Origin: Terriglobales bacterium
GTDB lineage: Bacteria; Acidobacteriota; Terriglobia; Terriglobales; Acidobacteriaceae
Length of the DNA: 64,000 nucleotides
Direction of reading: 5' to 3'
Assembly: GCA_049582765.1 (NCBI GenBank)
Contig: JBAUUQ010000024.1
Span: forward strand, 8,326 to 72,325
The position numbers and the translations under genes were made by a program. Below, piece by piece: positions 31,152-40,388 of this stretch. Every line of letters begins with the position of its first letter. Position 1 is the first letter of the stretch. The notes under the pieces are model-generated. The model did no database searches. It was not told where the DNA came from and saw only the letters and a list, made by a program, of their open reading frames with translations.

Positions 31152-32272
31152 TACTGGACCTCAATGCGTTTGCCATGCAGGTCGACTACGCCCGGTTTGG
31201 CCACGAGGCGCTCGCCGTCCTCGAGGCCTGCCAGCACTTCGATTTCGCCCCCGGAAGGCTTCCCCAAAGTGATGTAGCGCAAGCTCGCAACCTGGTTTTG
31301 GCCCAGCACATAAATGCCTTGCAATTGGCCGCGTTCGACGACCGCCGAGCGCGGAATCAAAAGTGCCCGCCGCTCGCCGCGAGAAAACTGGGCCCGTCCG
31401 AACAGTCCCGAGCGCAGCCGCGAGTCTGTGGGGAGCTCGATCTTTACCAGGAACGTGCGACTCGCAGGGTCCGCAGCCGGGACGATCTCTACGACCTTGC
31501 CTTGCAGCCCGGCTTTGAGGGCATCGATCGCAACCGGAGCCTGTTCTCCAGTTCGCACATACTTAAGATCATTCTCGTTGACGGTAACCTCCAGTCGATA
31601 ACGGTGCACGTCCTCTACGGTGAAGATCGGCATGCCAGGTGAAGCTAACGAGCCGGAATCCGCCTTCTTCCCGGTCACGACGCCCTCGAACGGCGATCGA
31701 ATCTGCGTGTACTCCAGAGACGAGCGTGCCTGGCTCAACGCTGCCTGCGCCTGGGCCTGACCTGCGTTCGCTATATCGCGACGCGCGAGTGCCGCTTGTT
31801 GACGGGCTTTTACTTCATCGAACTCCTGCGGACTCACCGATTTTTTTTCGAAGAGAGTTTGGTAGCGCTTCAAAGTCGATTCCGCCAGGGCCAGGTCGGA
31901 GTTCGCTCCGGCCAGTTGCTGTTGGGCGGCGAGGTCGGCTGCGGCCGCTTGGTTTAAAGCAGCTCGCGGCTGGGAGTCGTCGATTACGGCGAGCACCTGA
32001 CCGCGCTGAACGTGATCTCCTTCGTGAGCTCGTATCTCGACGATGTTCCCCATCATCTGGCTGGCCACGTCGCTGGTCTGTGCGGCACGTACCGTACCGA
32101 CCGCTTCCAACAAATCGGGCACGTTCGCCTGCTGTACCGCGAGCACGTCAATGTTCCGCACGGTTTCCGGCGACGGAGTGGTGCGGGTTTGCTCTCTAGA
32201 GCAGCCGGCGAAGCTCGTGACCGCGAGAAGCACCAGAAACGAAAGTCTGCGTTTGGTATTGATACGATTCAT
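31151..32272 (-). CDS. RND efflux periplasmic adaptor (membrane fusion protein), lipoprotein
   Basis: Lipobox SFAGC. Biotinyl-lipoyl and coiled-coil hairpin regions. The stop shares one base with the RND start (TAATG). Confidence 0.92.
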   Translation of the reverse strand: MNRINTKRRLSFLVLLAVTSFAGCSREQTRTTPSPETVRNIDVLAVQQANVPDLLEAVGTVRAAQTSDVASQMMGNIVEIRAHEGDHVQRGQVLAVIDDSQPRAALNQAAAADLAAQQQLAGANSDLALAESTLKRYQTLFEKKSVSPQEFDEVKARQQAALARRDIANAGQAQAQAALSQARSSLEYTQIRSPFEGVVTGKKADSGSLASPGMPIFTVEDVHRYRLEVTVNENDLKYVRTGEQAPVAIDALKAGLQGKVVEIVPAADPASRTFLVKIELPTDSRLRSGLFGRAQFSRGERRALLIPRSAVVERGQLQGIYVLGQNQVASLRYITLGKPSGGEIEVLAGLEDGERLVAKPGVVDLHGKRIEVQ

Positions 32273-33642
32273 GGCATCACCACGGGAGATTGCGGATTCA
32301 AGCTTCCGCTTGCCAACTGCAGATTGGCGTAGCTGGTCTGGAAGTGATAGACGGCCTCCCAGTAGTCGGTCTGGCTGCGGCGCGCCGCATCTTCAGCGCC
32401 CAGCAAATCGGTAATGGTGGTCAGCCCGCTGTCGTAGCGGTCCTGGTTGATGCGAAGACTCTCCTGTGCCTGCGCGATCGCCGCTCGGGCCACCTCGATC
32501 TGCTGCCGGTTGGCGTCTGTTTCATAGTAGGCTCGCCTCACTTCGAGGCGAACTGCATCGCCAGCTGCCTGCTTCATTGCCACAACCTTTTCTTCGAGCG
32601 CTCGCTGCCGGGAGAGTTCCGCACGCTTGGCGCCGCCTTGAAAGATGTCGAATTGCACTTCGATCCCGCCCAGCCAGTTGTTGCCCCCGCCCCCGGCGAC
32701 AAACGTAGGGTTATCCATTTCCCAGGTCGCAAAGGCGTTCACCCGCGGGCCGAATGACGACTTGGCAATCGAGACGCTCTGCCGCTGCGCTTCTTCCTCG
32801 GAGGCAATCCGCTTCAGGTCGGGCCGAGTTACCAGTGCCTGTTTTTCCACCTCTCCGAGCTCAGGGGCCGGAAGCGTGCGCTCAGCCAAAACTTCGGAAA
32901 TCTGGAACGGAGACTCAAGCGACACACCCATCGCCGTGTTCAGCTGAGCCCGTGCCACGTCCAGAGTGTTCCTGGCGCGGATTAGTTCCTGCTGTCGCGC
33001 TGCCATGCGAACCTTCGCTGTCAGCAGATCTGACTCTACAGTCAGCCCGCTGTCGAATCTCGCCTGGCTGCGGTCCATGATCGAATTGGCAGTTTTGGCC
33101 GACTGCTCGGCAACTTCCAGTTCCTTGGCCGCCAGTAGGACGTCGTAGTACGAGCTGACAACCCGGAAGACAATCTCCTGATCCGTGCGGTCCAACTGAT
33201 GTCCCACAGCCTCATTCATCTGTTTTGCATGATTTACCCCATGCCAAGTGGCGAACGAATCAAACAGGGTCCAATTTCCCCCAAACCGCGTGCTGAAGTT
33301 CCCGAAGGGCAGCGGCATGTTCAGTTTGTTCAGCGCGAAGTCTACAGAGGTGAAACGCTGCTGCCGTAGTTTGCTGCCAAACACGTACACCGGGTCATCA
33401 CCGCGAGTCGCCGTTTCAGAAAAACCCAGATGGGGCATGAGGAACGAGCGTGCCACACGAACTCCGGCAGAGGCGGCTTTCGTGTCTGCGATCGCTGCCT
33501 TGCGCAGAGGATTCTTCTCCAGCGCGATTGTTACTGCCTGCTGCACAGTAAGAGATGAAGACTGGGTCTCTCGCTGAGCCAAAGCCGACACACAAGACAG
33601 CAATGTAGCTGCGCTCAGAACCACTTTGAAGAACGTTTTCAA
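32269..33642 (-). CDS. TolC-family outer membrane efflux protein
   Basis: Two OEP repeats. I prefer TTG 33642 over the ORF-track start 33678. It gives a clean signal peptide (KTFFKVVLSAATLLSCVSALA-Q) and a TTGA start/stop overlap with osmC. The stop overlaps the MFP start as ATGA. Confidence 0.88.
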   Translation of the reverse strand: MKTFFKVVLSAATLLSCVSALAQRETQSSSLTVQQAVTIALEKNPLRKAAIADTKAASAGVRVARSFLMPHLGFSETATRGDDPVYVFGSKLRQQRFTSVDFALNKLNMPLPFGNFSTRFGGNWTLFDSFATWHGVNHAKQMNEAVGHQLDRTDQEIVFRVVSSYYDVLLAAKELEVAEQSAKTANSIMDRSQARFDSGLTVESDLLTAKVRMAARQQELIRARNTLDVARAQLNTAMGVSLESPFQISEVLAERTLPAPELGEVEKQALVTRPDLKRIASEEEAQRQSVSIAKSSFGPRVNAFATWEMDNPTFVAGGGGNNWLGGIEVQFDIFQGGAKRAELSRQRALEEKVVAMKQAAGDAVRLEVRRAYYETDANRQQIEVARAAIAQAQESLRINQDRYDSGLTTITDLLGAEDAARRSQTDYWEAVYHFQTSYANLQLASGSLNPQSPVVMP

Positions 33643-34106
33643 CCTTGCACTCCCGCGGCCTGAGCCGGCTTCACCCACTCTGTCTTGTCGTCAACGATTT
33701 CGTAGGTTGTGTGAAAACTCGCGGTCTTTTGCACCATGGCCCCCACCGAGCAATACTTTTCCTCGGAGAGACGGATTGCCTCCTCCAGCGCTGCCACATC
33801 AAGTTCAAAGCCGGTTACCACATGGTGGATTCGCACTGCCGTGAACACCTGGGGCGGACGCTCCGCTTGATCGGCTTCGACCCGCACTTCGTAACCGGTG
33901 ACTTTCTGGTGATACTTCTGGCGGAGGATGGTGATCACGTCGAACGCCGTACACCCGGCCAATCCTGCGGCAAGCAGTTCAATCGGCTTGGGGCCGGTAC
34001 CTCCGGCTGCATCGTCCAACAGGAGGTTGTGGCCGCTTCCAGTCTGAGCCACAAATTGGCGCTGCTGCTTAAGTGGTTGAGTCAGTTCGACTTTGGACGT
34101 CACCAT
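33639..34106 (-). CDS. OsmC/Ohr-family peroxiredoxin-like protein
   Basis: The two family Cys contexts are present (LAGCTAFDV and KYCSVGAMV). 155 aa. First gene of the efflux operon. Confidence 0.9.
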   Translation of the reverse strand: MVTSKVELTQPLKQQRQFVAQTGSGHNLLLDDAAGGTGPKPIELLAAGLAGCTAFDVITILRQKYHQKVTGYEVRVEADQAERPPQVFTAVRIHHVVTGFELDVAALEEAIRLSEEKYCSVGAMVQKTASFHTTYEIVDDKTEWVKPAQAAGVQG

Positions 34107-34248
34107 GGCTGCCTCCTGCTGTTTCTATCGGCCGACCACAGGAATAAATGCAGGAAGTTGGATTTTGTTACAGGAAAAAATTCGGCGTTGCGGTGGAGGC
34201 AAGCGTGTGTCCTGCTTGCGGATGGGATGATGGGGAATTGATAATGCA

Positions 34249-34734
34249 GTGAGGACTCAAGTGAATTTCTCAATCAGATTCGGCCGGGTATTCCTCATCT
34301 TGGGGCCGGCCACAATCGCGCTCGCATCCCTGGCGCTCGCGTACCAGGCTAGCCTCATTCCGGCCTCGCGCCTAATCAACCCCGACGAACTGGTGAACAA
34401 TCTTCAGTCTGCCAAGAGCGATAAACCGCTAATGATCCAAGTGGGTTTCCACGTTCTTTACACGCAGGCGCATATCCCCGGCTCGGAATACATTGGCCCA
34501 GCCTCCAGCGAAAGCGGTTTGCAGGCGTTGCGTAAGCGTGTGGAGTCCCTGCCGCGAAACAAGTTTATCGTTCTTTATTGCGGGTGTTGCCCGTGGAGCC
34601 ACTGTCCGAACGTCAAGTCTGCCGACGACGCACTGCATGCCATGGGCTTCACCAAGGTGAAGGTTCTCTACATTGCAAATAACTTTGGGGAGGACTGGGT
34701 CGACAAGGGCTATCCGGTCGCCAAGGGAGACTAG
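34249..34734 (+). CDS. Membrane-anchored/secreted rhodanese-like domain protein
   Basis: N-terminal hydrophobic anchor. Rhodanese fold blocks (YTQAHIPGSEYI, active-site loop region IVLYCGCCPWSHCP). Confidence 0.72.
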   Translation: MRTQVNFSIRFGRVFLILGPATIALASLALAYQASLIPASRLINPDELVNNLQSAKSDKPLMIQVGFHVLYTQAHIPGSEYIGPASSESGLQALRKRVESLPRNKFIVLYCGCCPWSHCPNVKSADDALHAMGFTKVKVLYIANNFGEDWVDKGYPVAKGD

Positions 34735-34767
34735 GGAACGGCACGAGGCCTGTCTGAGGTAGTCACA

Positions 34768-35469
34768 TTGAAGAAAGAAATACTCAGCGGGCTCGTGTTG
34801 ATCTCAGTCGTAGCGGGACTCTACTTCGCCGCTCATCATCGTGGCGTATCCACAGGAATACGAGGTATAGACGGTAGCGGACATCTGATCGCGCCCAACT
34901 TCTCGCTTCCCGATCTCACCGGACAAGAACTCGATCTCTCATCCTATCGGGGTAAGGTCGTCCTTCTGGACTTCTGGGCAACCTGGTGCGATCCGTGCCG
35001 GGACGAAATTCCTCATTTCGTCGAACTGCAAAACCAGTACGGCGGCCAGGGCCTGCAGATCATCGGCGTTGCCATGGATGATGGACCGGAACCTGTACGC
35101 GATTTCTACCAGCGCTTCAAAATGAATTACCCGGTTGTGATGGGCAATGCAAAGACGGGTGAACTCTATGGAGGAGTGCTCGGACTGCCGATCACATTCC
35201 TGATCGGGAGGGATGGCGGGATCAGAGCCAAGCATATTGGTGCAACTGACATTTCAATCTTTGAAAAAGAGATCGTGAATCTACTGGGAAGCGGCTCTGG
35301 TTCCAGTTCACTAGCAGGCTTCGGAAAAACTCCCGAATCGTCGTATAGAGCCTTGAAAGGGTGCGGCTTCAGCCGCGCCGTCACCCATCTCCAAAAGGAC
35401 TTAGGGCACGGCTCGAGGCCGTGCCCTTCCCGAATCCAACGCCACAGGGGGTTTTCCCCTGCCCCTTAG
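34768..35469 (+). CDS. TlpA/ResA-family thiol-disulfide oxidoreductase (thioredoxin fold)
   Basis: TTG start and signal anchor. Thioredoxin CXXC motif FWATWCDPC. The last roughly 60 codons read through REP-like hairpins (35360-35461), so the functional C-terminus is uncertain. Confidence 0.82.
   Translation: MKKEILSGLVLISVVAGLYFAAHHRGVSTGIRGIDGSGHLIAPNFSLPDLTGQELDLSSYRGKVVLLDFWATWCDPCRDEIPHFVELQNQYGGQGLQIIGVAMDDGPEPVRDFYQRFKMNYPVVMGNAKTGELYGGVLGLPITFLIGRDGGIRAKHIGATDISIFEKEIVNLLGSGSGSSSLAGFGKTPESSYRALKGCGFSRAVTHLQKDLGHGSRPCPSRIQRHRGFSPAP
35360..35461. repeat. Cluster of three GC hairpins (REP-like) between convergent tlpA-like and sigma genes
   Basis: Three hairpins: GGTGCGGC-TTCA-GCCGCGCC (35360-35379); GGGCACGGC / GCCGTGCCC, a 9-bp perfect stem (35404-35426); CAGGGGG-TTTT-CCCCCTG-like (35445-35461). 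Confidence 0.55.
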
Positions 35470-35484
35470 GCTCGTAGCCGTCGC

Positions 35485-36387
35485 CTACTTGCGAATGTTC
35501 TCAGCGACCATGCGTTCGTAATCAGCCAGCACCTTCATGCGCAGTTCGACTGCCTTCTCGTGGTCAGGGTTTTCTGCAGGCAATTTGCGACACTGCTCGA
35601 TTGTTGCTTCGAGACTGGAAAGGAACGCCTGGCAAGGTCCGCAGCTTTTAAGGTGTCGCTCCAGTTCTTCGCAAAGCGAATCATCCAACTGCTCGTCGAG
35701 ATAGTTCGAGAGTTCAGCGAACAAGGCCTTGCAGCGGGCGGGTCTGGGCTGTTCGTTGCCTGGATGTTGTTGGTAAGACGCCCGGGAAGCGACGGCTGCT
35801 CTCCCGGGGCGTGGTTTCAACCCTTCCACCAGTTCCTTCCGGACAAACAACCTCGCACGGTGTAGACGAACCCGCACTGTTCCAGAACGTAGCCCTGTGA
35901 TCTCGGCCACCTCTTCGTCGGTTAGCCCTTCCATATCGCGCAGCACCAAAACAATGCGGTATTGTGGCGGCAACCGCTGAATGGCGTCTCGCAACCGTCC
36001 GGCTTCCTCGCTGCGAATGGCAAATGCTTCGGGGTTGATGCTGCCATCGGTGCCCAGTTGCTCAAGTTCCTTTCGATCCGGCATGAGTTCTTCCAGAGAG
36101 AGGTCTGGATTGGGAGCAAACTTGCTCCGGCGTCGACTCATCAGGCAGCGGTTCTTTGCCACCTTATAGAGCCACACGACGAGGGCTTTGGGGCTGTCGA
36201 ATTTGGGCAGGTGCGGAACCGATTTCAGCAGTACTTCTTGCATGGTGTCTTCGGCGTCCTCGCGCTGGCCGCAGACGCGCATGCTAAAGGAGAACACGGT
36301 ATTTTGAAGCAGGGACAAAGCTCGCTCCAAAGCTTCGTCGTCGCCCCGCTGCAGCAGTTGCACTGCTTGTTCTATCTCAGAACGCAT
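35485..36387 (-). CDS. ECF-type sigma-70 family factor with C-terminal fused ZAS (zinc-binding anti-sigma) domain
   Basis: Region 2 (DAEDTMQEVLLK...WLYKVAKNRC). Region 4 HTH (LTDEEVAEITGLRSGTVRVRLHRAR). Then a linker, followed by C-X25-H-X3-C-X2-C (ARC...ERHLKSCGPC). Confidence 0.88.
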   Translation of the reverse strand: MRSEIEQAVQLLQRGDDEALERALSLLQNTVFSFSMRVCGQREDAEDTMQEVLLKSVPHLPKFDSPKALVVWLYKVAKNRCLMSRRRSKFAPNPDLSLEELMPDRKELEQLGTDGSINPEAFAIRSEEAGRLRDAIQRLPPQYRIVLVLRDMEGLTDEEVAEITGLRSGTVRVRLHRARLFVRKELVEGLKPRPGRAAVASRASYQQHPGNEQPRPARCKALFAELSNYLDEQLDDSLCEELERHLKSCGPCQAFLSSLEATIEQCRKLPAENPDHEKAVELRMKVLADYERMVAENIRK

Positions 36388-36731
36388 CGCGTTGAATGTA
36401 GCACTCTGTCACTTGGCTTCGCCAACACCTTTGTTCCGGTCGATTGGTCGATTATGACCTCGGCCAAAATCAGAGCAGCCGCCCTCGGGCGGCGCAGAAG
36501 CACGACGGCCAGTTTCCGAATTGTTGGCAGGCAGGAAACTAATGCTGGTAGTCGCAGGAAATTGCACGAGAGGTATACCTCCGTACGAATCCAAGATTAC
36601 TCCGGGTGCTTCCGTGATCCAGGCAATCGTTGATAAACCTTTCGACAAGCCGACTTGTCGTTTTAATCCTTTCGGTATACGCTCTGGTACTCAACTGCGA
36701 CTGGAACTGGGCGACTTCGCCTGAGTAGCAT

Positions 36732-37556
36732 ATGAAGGAAATGACCGGCAATGACGACCTGGAACGGTTCGGGACCGGCGCAGCGAAGTACGCTGCCTAC
36801 CTCGAGACGCCCGAGGGCCAATTGCGCCTCGACCTCGCCTTTGCCAATGTGCAGGACTTTCTCCCGCAACCCACGCAGTCTTCGCTCGCTCTCGATATTG
36901 GCGGCGGTACCGGCGCCATGGCGGTGCGCCTGGCGCGGCTTGGTCTTCACGTCACGTTGCTGGATGCCTCTGTAGCAATGCTGGATCTCGCGAAGCGTGC
37001 CGCGCGGGAAGCAGGAGTTGTGGAGAGGATTGCGCTGAAACACGGCGATGCCGCCGAATTGGCGAACTTATTTCCCGCCGAGTCGTTTGATGTAATTCTT
37101 TGCCACAATCTCCTGGAATATTGTGACGACCCGTGTGCTTTGTTGCGCAGTGCGGCTCGCGCCTTGCGAGATCCGTCCAGCATAATCTCGGTATTGGTGC
37201 GGAACCAGGCAGGTGAGGTGTTAAAGGCCGCAATAAAAGACGGCGACTTGGCCGCGGCCGAGCGTAATCTCACCGCTGAGTGGGGACATGAGTCCCTGTA
37301 CGGAGGAGGAGTGCGGCTATTTACGGCGGAGAGCCTGCAAGCCATGCTGCTCGAATCGTCACTCGCGGTAACTGCCCAGCGTGGCGTGCGGGTCCTATCG
37401 GATTACTTGCCGCTGAAGGTTTCCCGCAGTGCAGAGTACAAGCGGATTTTTGAGCTGGAGCGCAAGCTGGGCGTGCGACCGGAGTTTGCTTCAGTCGCTC
37501 GCTATACGCATTGGCTGGCACATCGCGCAGGTCCAGTCGCGAAAGACAGTGAATGA
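36732..37556 (+). CDS. Class I SAM-dependent methyltransferase, CmoM/SmtA-like architecture
   Basis: Motif I LDIGGGTGAMAVRLA. The C-terminal blocks GVRVLSDYL and ELERKLG...ARYTHWLA resemble E. coli CmoM (GVRVFHDYL, ELETRY...GRYIHVTA) as I recall it. The stop overlaps the next gene's ATG (ATGA). Confidence 0.82.
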   Translation: MKEMTGNDDLERFGTGAAKYAAYLETPEGQLRLDLAFANVQDFLPQPTQSSLALDIGGGTGAMAVRLARLGLHVTLLDASVAMLDLAKRAAREAGVVERIALKHGDAAELANLFPAESFDVILCHNLLEYCDDPCALLRSAARALRDPSSIISVLVRNQAGEVLKAAIKDGDLAAAERNLTAEWGHESLYGGGVRLFTAESLQAMLLESSLAVTAQRGVRVLSDYLPLKVSRSAEYKRIFELERKLGVRPEFASVARYTHWLAHRAGPVAKDSE

Positions 37557-38608
37557 ACAACGTCACAGCCCAGTCTTCGCCGTCCGGATCTCGCATGACA
37601 CCTGATGCCGGTATTGCGCTCGGGCTCGGGCTCACCAACGAGTGTAATCTTGCCTGCGCCTTCTGCTACCGCGATCCAACTCGCACGGATCGTCTCACCC
37701 TGGATCAAGTGAAGGCGGTCATGGAACGCTTGCCCGTTCGGTCGGTGAATCTCGGCACCGGTGAGAACGGCATGCATCCCGACTTCAAGGCAATACTGGC
37801 CTACCTGCGAACGAAAGCGGTCAAGCTGACCATCACTTCCAATGGTCATAGTGTGGCTGTGTTGGAAGACGACGAGCTGCGCGCCTTCCATGACATCGAG
37901 TTCTCTCTCGACTACGCCACGCAAGCGGAACAGGATGCGCAGCGCGGCGATGGCAATTGGGCACTCATCCACCAGCAGGCAGAACGGTGTCGCAGGCTGC
38001 GAATGCCTGTAACCATCGTCGCGGTCATGATGAAGTCGAATTACTCGCGCTTAGCGGATGTGGCGCGAGTAGCCAAACACTGTGACGCCCCTTTGCGGGT
38101 GAATGTCTACCAAGCCGTGCGATCGGACGTTTATGCCCTGAGCTACGAAGAGTACTGGGAAGGGTTCCGGCGGCTCTTTGAGGAGACCGATGTAATCGCG
38201 ATTGGCGAGCCGTTGGTTCGCGCAATGGTGGGGCTCCCACCGCTTCCGGGCGGTTGTGGCGTCAGCACCGTGCGCGTGACACCAAGAGGCACGACACAAC
38301 CCTGCGTTTATTGGCCAGGATCAGGGGAGCCGCTGTCGGATTTGATCTCGATGGGGCTCGATATTCTAGACTCTGCACCCTTCGAGCAGGCCCGCACGCT
38401 TCCCGAGGCGTGCCAACCCTGCGAGTTCCGCGAGTCGTGCCATGGCGGATGTTCCGGGCGGCGGCGCCTGCAAGGCGCACTAATAGAGCCTGATTCTTAT
38501 TGTCCGATCATTCGCGGCGAGAGCCCAAAGCTCGAGATCCGCATGGCCGCTAACCGCGATCTGCCCAAGCTGAGCAGTTCCTGCACGACCGTCGTGATGG
38601 CTAGGTAG
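37553..38608 (+). CDS. Radical SAM enzyme with C-terminal SPASM domain
   Basis: N-terminal CX3CX2C (TNECNLACAFCY). SPASM pattern CX10GX4C (CGVSTVRVTPRGTTQPC), then CX2CX5CX3C (CQPCEFRESCHGGC), then a distal C (SYCP). Confidence 0.9.
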   Translation: MNNVTAQSSPSGSRMTPDAGIALGLGLTNECNLACAFCYRDPTRTDRLTLDQVKAVMERLPVRSVNLGTGENGMHPDFKAILAYLRTKAVKLTITSNGHSVAVLEDDELRAFHDIEFSLDYATQAEQDAQRGDGNWALIHQQAERCRRLRMPVTIVAVMMKSNYSRLADVARVAKHCDAPLRVNVYQAVRSDVYALSYEEYWEGFRRLFEETDVIAIGEPLVRAMVGLPPLPGGCGVSTVRVTPRGTTQPCVYWPGSGEPLSDLISMGLDILDSAPFEQARTLPEACQPCEFRESCHGGCSGRRRLQGALIEPDSYCPIIRGESPKLEIRMAANRDLPKLSSSCTTVVMAR

Positions 38609-38630
38609 CCTGATTTAGGAATTTGCGGGC

Positions 38631-38673
38631 CGGTGGCCCACTCAAGCCCGTTTTTGGCTTGAGCGGGACACCG
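38631..38673. repeat. REP-like hairpin (type B) between convergent genes
   Basis: CGGTGGCCCACTCAAGCC, loop CGTTTTT, GGCTTGAGCGGGACACCG. The 18-nt left arm is identical to 45889-45906 and to the reverse complement of 46597-46614. Confidence 0.6.
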
Positions 38674-38682
38674 TCGCGTGAA

Positions 38683-39420
38683 CTATTGGGCGGGCATCCA
38701 CTTGTCCGAGCCCGTCAGCTTGACCGCCACATCTGAAATGAAGATGTGCAGGGGCTTGCCGTCAGCCGTCCCGCGATGCTCGGTTGAGAACAGAATTGGA
38801 CCGGCCTTTTTGTAGCCTGCCCAGGAGGCGTTGACGAGGCTGGGCTTCGCGGTCCCGCCGTGGCGGAAAACAAGGTACTCGACGCGGTTGTCTTTGCCAA
38901 CGTAGAGGTCCCAGGTGTCGCCGGGCGTGTAACCGCCGGCTTCCGGGGGATACTTTACCGAGACAAGTTCGGCCGAACCGGCGCCCATCGGCAGTTTCTT
39001 CATACCTTCATCGGTAACCATCGCGCTCTTGTCCCAGTAAGCGTGGAAAACGAACAGGAGCCAATAATTATCGTTGACGAAAGGCCGTTCGACTTCATTC
39101 TTCACTTGGTCGGATTGACTGCTGAGGTGAGAACTGTCGTAGGTGACCTTGACCGGCTTGCCGGCTTTATCCGTCCCTTCGTAGCTGACTTTGCCGGTCT
39201 TGGGCTCCCATTCCCACTTGTGGGCAGCTTTGAAGAGTCCGGTAATTTCTCCGTTCCAGGTGTAGCGGATGGCCTCAACTTTGTCCCACGAATCGATTCC
39301 GTAGGTCTTGGCGATTTGATCGAGAATTGGTGCGCGTTGCTGTGCCCAGGAGTTCGCAGCAAGAACCAGCATTCCGCAAATCAGAACACCCATCATGGTT
39401 AAACGGCGGGCATTTTTCAT
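38683..39420 (-). CDS. Secreted hypothetical protein
   Basis: Clear signal peptide (MMGVLICGMLVLAANSWA-QQ). 245 aa, beta-rich. I recognise no family motif. Confidence 0.65.
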   Translation of the reverse strand: MKNARRLTMMGVLICGMLVLAANSWAQQRAPILDQIAKTYGIDSWDKVEAIRYTWNGEITGLFKAAHKWEWEPKTGKVSYEGTDKAGKPVKVTYDSSHLSSQSDQVKNEVERPFVNDNYWLLFVFHAYWDKSAMVTDEGMKKLPMGAGSAELVSVKYPPEAGGYTPGDTWDLYVGKDNRVEYLVFRHGGTAKPSLVNASWAGYKKAGPILFSTEHRGTADGKPLHIFISDVAVKLTGSDKWMPAQ

Positions 39421-39548
39421 AAAGTTCGCTCCTCGGTGAATTGAACAGATGAAGTCTTGGATGATCGGCTACGGCTTCCGGATACACGCGTTGACCGTGC
39501 GCATCGCTGCCGAAAGCACGCTAATGACGGAATCAGTAGCTCACGCCC

Positions 39549-39863
39549 TCAAGCGCCGCGCATATCAGCAATCACCCTGAAGGTTCGAACATCGAGCTTC
39601 CCGTCCAGAAGTGTCGCGGCGTCCGCAACGAAACGGCGAAGGACCGGATTCTCCCGATGTCTGTTGAAATGTTCCTGCGATTCGTAGCGCTCATAAAGGA
39701 ACCGCGCGGCGGAGTCTGATGGGGAGCGGTGTAGATCATAAATCATCACTCCGGGGTCCGAACGGGATGCTAGAACGAGTTCTCCCAGCCGACCCGCAAG
39801 CTCTTCTTCTTCCCTTCCAGCTCTGCTCCGCAGGAATACAGCGTTAGCAATGGATTCTGTCAT
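39549..39863 (-). CDS. Antibiotic-biosynthesis-monooxygenase (ABM/Dabb) family protein
   Basis: About 104 aa from ATG 39863. Ferredoxin-like ABM pattern (FLRSRAGREEEL...YDLHRS...FLYERYESQEHFNRHRENP). Confidence 0.72.
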   Translation of the reverse strand: MTESIANAVFLRSRAGREEEELAGRLGELVLASRSDPGVMIYDLHRSPSDSAARFLYERYESQEHFNRHRENPVLRRFVADAATLLDGKLDVRTFRVIADMRGA

Positions 39864-39906
39864 GCTCGTCCTCCTCAACGGTCAGTTTTCGATACGGATA
39901 CCCGGC

Positions 39907-40374
39907 TTATGCCGCGTCTTCCTTTCTCGCCCCACCGTTCCGGGCTTCGATGGCCTTGACCGAATTTATAAACGCCTTTTCTAAAACGCTCTTGCCGATG
40001 GTCCCTACGACCAAGCCGAGCAGCCATCCCTTGAGGTTCTTGCCCTCGCGTACGACCACCACATCAATATCGGTCGTGCCGTTGGGATTACGCGTGAAGG
40101 TGTAGGTGTGGCCGGACGCGCCTCCCCAAGTGTTGGAGTCGGTGGTCGTGAGTACGACGTGGTTGGGATCGGACCAGTCGTAGTGCAGGCGTTCCCAGAT
40201 GCCGCCCGAGCCTTCGGTGACGTCGGCCTCCGTCGGGCCGCTGCTATGCACTTTGAGGTAGTCGTCGGCGCTGTTGCCAAAGAGCTTTGAGCGGCCAGGC
40301 CCGAAGTCGGTGAGCCCGGCGACGTACTGCTCGGGCGTCAAGGTGGTTGTCTGGTGGAGGTGGATCGTGGACAT
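39907..40374 (-). CDS. SRPBCC (START/polyketide-cyclase-like) family protein
   Basis: 155 aa. Length and pattern are typical of SRPBCC ligand-binding proteins. Assignment is by overall resemblance only. Confidence 0.65.
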   Translation of the reverse strand: MSTIHLHQTTTLTPEQYVAGLTDFGPGRSKLFGNSADDYLKVHSSGPTEADVTEGSGGIWERLHYDWSDPNHVVLTTTDSNTWGGASGHTYTFTRNPNGTTDIDVVVVREGKNLKGWLLGLVVGTIGKSVLEKAFINSVKAIEARNGGARKEDAA

Positions 40375-40388
40375 GTGTGCTCCTTTCG

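Noticed and set aside
36521-36724. Small ORF upstream of the methyltransferase as a RiPP precursor gene
   Set aside because: Not annotated as a feature. It has no SD sequence, a third-position GC that looks lower than neighbouring genes, and no recognisable leader/core pattern. It is kept only as a testable idea in the SPASM finding.
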